Of a stretch of 64,000 nucleotides of DNA, positions 9,228 to 14,691 are shown in pieces. Source of the DNA: a virus. Taxonomy: Duplodnaviria; Caudoviricetes. The position numbers and the translations under genes are program-made. The notes below the pieces were generated by a model. The model was given only the letters and a program-made list of their open reading frames with translations. It ran no database searches and was not told the DNA's origin. Numbering within the stretch: the stretch's first letter is position 1; the number at the start of each line of letters is the position of its first letter. The DNA lies in IMG/VR virus record IMGVR_UViG_3300013121_000013, positions 1 through 64,000 of that record, one strand, 5' to 3'.

Positions 9228-9376
9228 TTACCAACTGTTTGATAAGAGTACATCAATTTGAATGGTTCGATTCCATTTTCCCCCTATATCTACTATCGGG
9301 GGAAAAGCCACAAGGCGTGGCACTTACCCTTCTGGGGTAAGAATTTATGGATCTCTTGTCTACTCTTCGTTGGTAA
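9228..9376 (+). ncRNA. Y-RNA-like element Y2, YrlA-type with a permuted tRNA cloverleaf
   Basis: TTACCAAC/GTTGGTAA and GATAAGAG/CTCTTGTC stems; T arm, loop-closed acceptor stem, D arm, anticodon-like arm. Confidence 0.8.
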
Positions 9377-9379
9377 CAT

Positions 9380-9436
9380 GGTAGCTCTCTTAGATTTAAA
9401 TAATCTAAGGAGATGACTTTCGAAGGTCAAGCTACC
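9380..9436 (+). ncRNA. Small three-way-junction RNA
   Basis: GGTAGCT/AGCTACC stem closing two hairpins. Confidence 0.5.
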
Positions 9437-9440
9437 CCTT

Positions 9441-9576
9441 CCTGACTGCTAGAATGGAGTACATCCCTTCGGAGGACGAAGAATCGGTGCAAATCCGATC
9501 CCTGCAACTTCAAAATTTATTGCAGGGTAGTGTAATAGATAGCACGCGAAAAATCTCTATTCATCCCCTTGTCAGG
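9441..9576 (+). ncRNA. Y-RNA-like element Y3, YrlA-type with a permuted tRNA(UCG)
   Basis: CCTGAC/GTCAGG and GAATGGAG/CTCTATTC stems; anticodon loop CTTCGGA, T arm, CCCTGCA/TGCAGGG acceptor, D arm. Confidence 0.8.
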
Positions 9577-9582
9577 TTAATT

Positions 9583-9655
9583 GGGCAGTTAGTTCAGCGG
9601 CAAGAGCGCCTCGTTTACACCGAGGATGTCACAGGTTCGAGTCCTGTACTGCCCA
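9583..9655 (+). tRNA. tRNA-Val(UAC)
   Basis: Canonical cloverleaf; CCTCG-TTTACAC-CGAGG. Confidence 0.95.
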
Positions 9656-9657
9656 CT

Positions 9658-9781
9658 TCCGACTGCTGTTTTTAGTACATCGTTCTGCCAGGTGTGGTAA
9701 CTAGCCCACTCCAAGCGACGCCAGCAATGGTGATGGCCCTTAAAGTCGTGTAACTAAGTCTAAAAACAAATCTTTGTCGGA
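9658..9781 (+). ncRNA. Y-RNA-like element Y4 with a ~78 nt non-tRNA insert
   Basis: TCCGAC/GTCGGA and TGTTTTTAG/CTAAAAACA stems, TACATC. Confidence 0.75.
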
Positions 9782-9793
9782 CGTGCGTATTTT

Positions 9794-9877
9794 CGGGGTG
9801 TAGACCGTAACTTGGTAGCGGGCCTGCTTTGGGAGCAGGTGGTATATCCCCTGTAGGTTCAAATCCTATCACCCCGA
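9794..9877 (+). tRNA. tRNA-Pro(UGG) with enlarged variable region
   Basis: CGGGGTG/CACCCCG acceptor; CCTGC-TTTGGGA-GCAGG. Confidence 0.9.
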
Positions 9878-9881
9878 CTTC

Positions 9882-9980
9882 GACAAATAGGCGAGAGTGT
9901 GGCTCGGAGCAGTAATGCGACGGGTGGCTGGGTTTGTAGCATCATAGTGCAATCTCCACAGTATGCACCGTCTGTTTGTC
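9882..9980 (+). ncRNA. Unassigned structured RNA
   Basis: 12-bp closing stem GACAAATAGGCG/CGTCTGTTTGTC with G-U pairs; internal TGTGG/CCACA. Confidence 0.55.
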
Positions 9981-9987
9981 TTATTAT

Positions 9988-10060
9988 GGGACCGTAGCTC
10001 AATGGTCAGAGCAAGGAACTCATAATTCCCAGGTTGTAGGTTCGAATCCTACCGGTCCCA
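9988..10060 (+). tRNA. tRNA-Ile2 or Met (CAU)
   Basis: GGGACCG/CGGTCCC acceptor; CTCATAA loop; Ile2-like body. Confidence 0.9.
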
Positions 10061-10086
10061 CTGTAGGATAACTAACCTATATTTTT

Positions 10087-10173
10087 GGAAGGGCAAGCCA
10101 ATTGGCGGTGGCCGCGCTCTTGAAAAGCGTTAGGGGTTAACGACCCGTGTGGGTTCGACTCCCACCTCTTCCG
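10087..10173 (+). tRNA. tRNA-Ser(UGA)
   Basis: GGAAGGG/CTCTTCC acceptor, CTTGAAA loop, long variable arm, G discriminator. Confidence 0.95.
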
Positions 10174-10180
10174 CTAAACT

Positions 10181-10249
10181 TGGGCTGGGGCAGGGATCTA
10201 GAAATAGAGCTGCTTGCCATTATCATAGGGCTCGTAACCCACCAGTCCG
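10181..10249 (+). ncRNA. Reduced tRNA-like RNA
   Basis: GGGCTGG/CCAGTCC stem, one long arm, T-loop-like GGG-CTCGTAA-CCC. Confidence 0.4.
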
Positions 10250-10252
10250 CTT

Positions 10253-10322
10253 TGCTAACTGTTGGTCCGGATTACATCAATCATTTTTAACCGTTGACAT
10301 CCGGATCGTCACCTCGTTAGCA
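10253..10322 (+). ncRNA. Y-RNA-like element Y5 (minimal)
   Basis: TGCTAAC/GTTAGCA and GGTCCGGAT/ATCCGGATC stems, TACATC. Confidence 0.75.
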
Positions 10323-10333
10323 TAATATTCTTA

Positions 10334-10432
10334 TCGGCGGTGCCTGGAAGGCTTCCTTGTAGAAATCTGCGAATAGTCAGCTGTGCTAGTCTGATTAGAG
10401 GTAAACAGGTTCGATTCCTGTTACATGTCCGA
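10334..10432 (+). ncRNA. Atypical tRNA-like RNA (canonical T arm, aberrant body)
   Basis: AACAGG-TTCGATT-CCTGTT plus three small hairpins; poor acceptor stem. Confidence 0.45.
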
Positions 10433-10434
10433 AT

Positions 10435-10507
10435 GCCGTTCTGGTGTAGCCGGTCTGCACGCCTGCCTGAAGAGCAGGAGGTTCTGGTTCGAACCCAGAG
10501 GACGGTA
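10435..10507 (+). tRNA. tRNA-Phe(GAA)
   Basis: GCCGTTC/GGACGGT acceptor; CCTGC-CTGAAGA-GCAGG. Confidence 0.9.
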
Positions 10508-10890
10508 CTTGTCCACCGGCAGTCCGAAGACTGCTGAGGCCGCCATGTGGGGGTCAGGTAGGGCAGCCATAGAATGTAGGTCCCCTAGCAGGGAGGATGT
10601 CATGAAATCGATGTTTAGCTTTATTATAGCCACGGGTGCGTGTGGCACCCTTTAATAATACCTCAGCTTTTGTGCTTGGCGGCACGAGGATGACTGAGGG
10701 TAGATTTAAATTTGTTAAGTAAGCTTCGTACTTGTCAGAACATTCAGATTCAGTGAGAATACCAATGTAAGATGTAAGATAAGTTTTAGAATTTTAGAAC
10801 CAGGAGATTAGGAGTTGAGCTCCCTAATGTAGCGCCTGGGCAGTGCGCTCAAGTCCGACTGCTTTCTAGTCGGATCTTACTTTTATATAC

Positions 10891-10963
10891 GGGTCTGTGG
10901 CGTAATTGGGAACGCGCTGGATTTGCACTCCGGAGTTGAGGGTTCGATTCCCTCCAGTATCCA
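10891..10963 (+). tRNA. tRNA-Ala(UGC) with a 1-nt acceptor bulge
   Basis: CTGGA-TTTGCAC-TCCGG; G3:U70 is kept if one T of CAGTATCC is bulged. Confidence 0.8.
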
Positions 10964-10967
10964 TTAA

Positions 10968-11027
10968 GCCGACTATCGAACGGTTTACACCATAATGCCA
11001 AAATAAACTGTTCAAATCTTCGTCGGC
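10968..11027 (+). ncRNA. Y-RNA-like element Y6 (minimal)
   Basis: GCCGAC/GTCGGC and GAACGGTTTA/TAAACTGTTC stems, TACACC. Confidence 0.75.
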
Positions 11028-11038
11028 CTAAATCATTT

Positions 11039-11300
11039 TTCAACTGCGGTCAGCGGAGTACACCTGAAAATAGAATTGTTCGGGAGTAGCTTCCCATAAA
11101 GAGCGCTAGCACGTAGGAATGCTCTTTATAAGCAGGCGATCCCTCGTAGCAGCCGGAGGTTAAACGGCGCAAGTAGGAGTTACTTTGAAACCCCCCTGGT
11201 AAAGCTTGGGTTAAATGTGATGCTCGTGGCGACGAGCCTAAACTATAATAAGTGTGGGTGTTCCACGCTTGTTACGCCTCTCCGGACCATTTTCGTTGAA
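11039..11300 (+). ncRNA. Y-RNA-like element Y7 with a ~210 nt structured insert
   Basis: TTCAAC/GTTGAA and GGTC(AG)CGGAG/CTCCGGACC stems, TACACC. Confidence 0.75.
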
Positions 11301-11314
11301 TCTATATTGGTCTA

Positions 11315-11484
11315 GATCGACTGCGGCAGACGGCATTCATCATGCCTAGCTGTTTAAGGAAGGTAATAGGAGAAAGTTCGCGGCCTCCTGGGCACGTCCT
11401 TTAGCCAAAAGAAATCCGCGCATGCCGATAGCCTCTCGGCTGTATGAGGCACCTTAACCCTTGCTGCTGCAACTTTCGTCGATC
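11315..11484 (+). ncRNA. Y-RNA-like element Y8 with a ~120 nt pseudoknotted insert
   Basis: GATCGAC/GTCGATC and GCAG(A)CGGCA/TGCTGCTGC stems, TTCATC. Confidence 0.7.
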
Positions 11485-11487
11485 AAC

Positions 11488-11531
11488 GGAGCCCTGAGGA
11501 TTGTCCTCAGGGCTCCTTGTTTCTTTTTTTT
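11488..11531 (+). terminator. Intrinsic terminator closing the ncRNA operon
   Basis: Perfect 13-bp stem GGAGCCCTGAGGA/TCCTCAGGGCTCC plus a T-rich tract. Confidence 0.85.
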
Positions 11532-11555
11532 CGTTTCTTAATAGGAGAAACTGCA

Positions 11556-13181
11556 ATGTCGAATCCTGATCTCTTTAGCAGCAAATCAGCCACTTCTTCT
11601 TTCGGGCTGAAACATCCTAAGACTGATACTGTGAATAACGCTGGAGGCGTTGCTTATAAATTTACACCGATGCATGCCCTTGCTCAGATGGTTGCGACCG
11701 GAGTGTTTCGTAACACGTATTACACTTCTGGTGCAGAGCAATTGAAGGCATTCATGGAAATTACCGAAGATAAGAAAAGTATCAGTGATGAAAGGCTGGC
11801 TAAGTTAGCGATCTGGGGGCGGCACAACGCTTATATGAAGGACACCCCTGCAGCTTGCGTTATGCGTCTGTTGTCTAGAAACAACATGGACTTGTTCCAT
11901 AAGGTTTTCGATAAAGTAATCGACAACGGTCGAATGCTCCGTAATGCATTTCAGATGTTGAGGTCTGGTGTATTTGGTAGGCGTAGCATGGGATATTCGG
12001 TTCAACGTGCTTTTCAGCGCTGGTTCAATGAGAAGCCAGTACACGTTCTTGTTGCTGGAAGCGTAGGCAACAATCCTAGCCTTAAGGACGTTCTACGTGC
12101 AGCAAGGCCGACTCCTAAAGATCAAGAGAGAGACGCTCTCTTCGGATGGCTTGCTGGCAAGGCCACTGACGCACAGGCACAGAACTTCCCACAAATGTTG
12201 AAAGATATTTTGGAGTTCAGAGCAAACAAAGAACCTAGTGCTCAAATTGAGGTTCTTAACAGGATGGGCGGGTTGCGTTGGGAAATGCTATCTGACGCGA
12301 TTGCTGGTCCAGAGGTGTGGAAGGTAATTATCGGGCATATGGGCCATCAAGCACTTCGTATGAATCTCAATACCCTCGATCGGCATGATGTATTTAAGTC
12401 CAAAGAGACAGTTAATTATGTAGCCAGCAGGCTGTCTGATGTTGAAGAAATCAAGAAGGCAAGGCAGTGGCCTATTCAGTACTTCAGCGCATATATGAAT
12501 GCCGATAATGTCCCTCATAAGATTCGTGAAGCTCTGTGTTCGGCTGCCGAAGTAGCTTGTGGTAATATTCCAGAGCTAGATGGCCCTCTAGTAATTGGCG
12601 TGGATACTTCTGGTTCTATGGGTTCTCCCATTACAGGCGTCCATGCTAAAGGAGGCGCATCGTCCAAAGTGACTTGTAGAGATGCCGCAGCCCTGTTTGC
12701 TGCGGCCCTGATTCGAAAGAATCCGGACTCTCTAGTTGTTCCTTTTGACGATAGGATTCACAAGATCAAGATCGATCCTGGAGATACTATTCTTAGTATT
12801 AGCAAATCCTTGTCTAGACTTGGAGGTGGCGGCACTTGCTGTCATCTACCGCTGCAGCATGCAAATAGTCTTAACAGGCCGTTTGCTGGTTGCGTCATGA
12901 TTTCTGACAATGAAAGCTGGATCGGCACTGGTCGATACGGGTCAACAGGCGTCATGTCGGAGTGGAATATCTTTGTTGATAGGCAGAAAAAGCTTGGTGT
13001 ATATCCAGCGCCAAAGCTTCTAAATATTGACATCGCTCCATATGCATCAACTCAGGCTGTTGATAGGGTTGATATCTTGAATGTTGGAGGATTTTCTGAC
13101 TCTGTCTTTAGCGTTATTTCTGGATGGATGTTCAATAAAGCTGGAACGTTTGTCGATCAGATCGAAGCTGTCCAGCTCTAA
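11556..13181 (+). CDS. rsr: Ro60/Rsr TROVE-domain RNA-binding protein with C-terminal vWA domain
   Basis: N-terminal NNAGGVAY, ALRMNLNTL, MIDAS DTSGSM, GGGT, SDNESW, VGGFSDSVF; AGGAG RBS supports ATG 11556. Confidence 0.92.
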   Translation: MSNPDLFSSKSATSSFGLKHPKTDTVNNAGGVAYKFTPMHALAQMVATGVFRNTYYTSGAEQLKAFMEITEDKKSISDERLAKLAIWGRHNAYMKDTPAACVMRLLSRNNMDLFHKVFDKVIDNGRMLRNAFQMLRSGVFGRRSMGYSVQRAFQRWFNEKPVHVLVAGSVGNNPSLKDVLRAARPTPKDQERDALFGWLAGKATDAQAQNFPQMLKDILEFRANKEPSAQIEVLNRMGGLRWEMLSDAIAGPEVWKVIIGHMGHQALRMNLNTLDRHDVFKSKETVNYVASRLSDVEEIKKARQWPIQYFSAYMNADNVPHKIREALCSAAEVACGNIPELDGPLVIGVDTSGSMGSPITGVHAKGGASSKVTCRDAAALFAAALIRKNPDSLVVPFDDRIHKIKIDPGDTILSISKSLSRLGGGGTCCHLPLQHANSLNRPFAGCVMISDNESWIGTGRYGSTGVMSEWNIFVDRQKKLGVYPAPKLLNIDIAPYASTQAVDRVDILNVGGFSDSVFSVISGWMFNKAGTFVDQIEAVQL

Positions 13182-13202
13182 GATATTAAGTATTTAACAC
13201 GA

Positions 13203-13241
13203 TCAAACGCGGGTGCTTGTGGCCCGCGTTTGACTTTTTTT
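13203..13241 (+). terminator. Intrinsic terminator
   Basis: TCAAACGCGGGT/GCCCGCGTTTGA stem plus T tract. Confidence 0.8.
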
Positions 13242-13296
13242 ACCTATCAAAGTTTTGAAATTTTAGTAAGAATATAGAATGGGAAAGTAGTAGTTT

Positions 13297-14691
13297 ATGT
13301 CGCTAGAGGTAAAATACATGCAGCAAGTAATAGATAAGTTAATTGCTGGTCTATATCTTATAAAAAGAGGAGCTTCTCCAGAGCTATCATATGATATGCA
13401 TGGAGAGCTTTATTTAAGTAAGTCTGGATGGATTCTATTATCAGTTCCTAACTCTCTTGTTAGAGGATCATTTGATGCTCTTGGAGTTGTCGGAGCTGAA
13501 TTACCTCCAGGTCCTGATGGAAAGCTAAATGCGCATATTTCTGTTATTAGGCCAGAAGAACTTGAGCAGATAGGCGGCGCTGATAAAGTAACAGAAAGAG
13601 GAAAACAGTTTAAGTATAGGATTAAAAGCTTAAAAACTGTAGTTCCATCTAGTTGGCCTGAGATATCTAAAGTCTGGATGTTAGAAGTTCAATCGCCAGA
13701 ATTAGAAAATTTAAGAAAAAGTTATGGACTTTCAGCCAGGCCAAAAGATAACAAATACGAATTTCATATCACCATAGCGGTCAGAAGAAAACACGTCTTA
13801 AAAGAAAATGAAATAGTAAAAAAGAGTGGAGTAATAAAAGTGGCAAACTCAGATAACGCACCTTATAGGGAGCGCGCCGAGGTATTTGCTATTTCTCCTT
13901 CTAATAAAGTATTCGGAGCAATATGGGATAACGATAAGACATTTGCAATTCCTGGTGGAGGAATAGACCCAGGAGAAGATATTACAGAAGGGGCGCTTAG
14001 AGAGTTTAACGAAGAAACTGGATTAAAGATAAGAAATCCAAGATTAGCGCCTGATATAGAGCCAGTCGTGAATCTATGGCCTGAAGAATATAGGAAATCG
14101 GCACCTGAGGATAGAAAGCATTTTCTAGGCAGTAGAACACATTATGTCTTAGCTGATATCGACGATAACTTACTTGTAGATCCTTCTACCGACTACTGGG
14201 GTGCCAAAGACAAGCGCTATTACGATCTTGAAGAGGCTTTAAAGATTCATACTGGATCAGAAATTCCTCCAATGTCTAAACCTCATTGGGAGGTAAGAAA
14301 AAGAATTTTGGAAAATCTGCTTAAAGGCGTACAAAGTAAAAAAGCTGATAATACAACAGATGATGAAGTCTATAGAAATTCTCTTGAGGAGGCAGTAGAA
14401 CATGAATTAGAACACACAGATGACGAAGATATAGCAGAAGAAATAGCTAAAGACCATCTTAAAGAAGATCCAGAATATTATACAAATTTAGATAAGATGC
14501 ATGAATACGTTAATAATCTGGACGATGATTCTGAAGATGCTTTAAAAGACTCTATTGTCATAAAGCAGACAACTATGATTATTTCTTCAAAGAAAGGTAT
14601 TAAGCCTCCTAAAGAATTGGAAAAGATTTTCTCTAAGTCAGCGCCAGGGATACCAGAAGAGCTAGAAGAGTTATTTAACAGAGGTAGATAA
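13297..14691 (+). CDS. 2H-phosphoesterase + Nudix hydrolase + DUF5661-like fusion protein
   Basis: HISV and HITI 2H motifs; Nudix box GGGIDPGEDITEGALREFNEETG; ELEHTDD...IAKDHLKEDPEYY. Confidence 0.8.
   Translation: MSLEVKYMQQVIDKLIAGLYLIKRGASPELSYDMHGELYLSKSGWILLSVPNSLVRGSFDALGVVGAELPPGPDGKLNAHISVIRPEELEQIGGADKVTERGKQFKYRIKSLKTVVPSSWPEISKVWMLEVQSPELENLRKSYGLSARPKDNKYEFHITIAVRRKHVLKENEIVKKSGVIKVANSDNAPYRERAEVFAISPSNKVFGAIWDNDKTFAIPGGGIDPGEDITEGALREFNEETGLKIRNPRLAPDIEPVVNLWPEEYRKSAPEDRKHFLGSRTHYVLADIDDNLLVDPSTDYWGAKDKRYYDLEEALKIHTGSEIPPMSKPHWEVRKRILENLLKGVQSKKADNTTDDEVYRNSLEEAVEHELEHTDDEDIAEEIAKDHLKEDPEYYTNLDKMHEYVNNLDDDSEDALKDSIVIKQTTMIISSKKGIKPPKELEKIFSKSAPGIPEELEELFNRGR

Noticed and set aside
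9692-9760. Pistol ribozyme or 16S 3'-end mimic in Y4
   Set aside because: The required pseudoknot complementarity is absent and the rRNA match is too short
10552-10568. SRP helix-8-like GGTCAGG...GCAGCC
   Set aside because: Lacks the GNRA-capped stem and the long SRP helix
8976-11000. Anticodon-like loops in the minimal Y1, Y5 and Y6
   Set aside because: Flanking stems are weak or mismatched and could be chance
8727-11043. Short ORFs called across the tRNA/Y cluster (8727, 9152, 9454, 9672, 10340, 10421, 10425, 10849)
   Set aside because: They overlap tRNAs, structured RNAs or the promoter region and lack RBS and protein motifs
11130-11260. raiA-motif, RNase P or tmRNA resemblance in Y7
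   Set aside because: Only short scattered word matches recalled from memory; no consistent architecture
11350-11425. HDV-like (theta) ribozyme in the Y8 insert (GCC-TCCTG-GGC resembles P3/L3)
   Set aside because: P1 is poor and the P1.1 GG is missing, so it cannot be supported by eye
8950-11484. CRISPR-like repeat-spacer array
   Set aside because: The repeats are structural rather than identical, spacing is irregular and no cas genes are present
11517-11555. Longer TTG start for Ro60
   Set aside because: It lies in the terminator T tract; ATG 11556 has a good RBS
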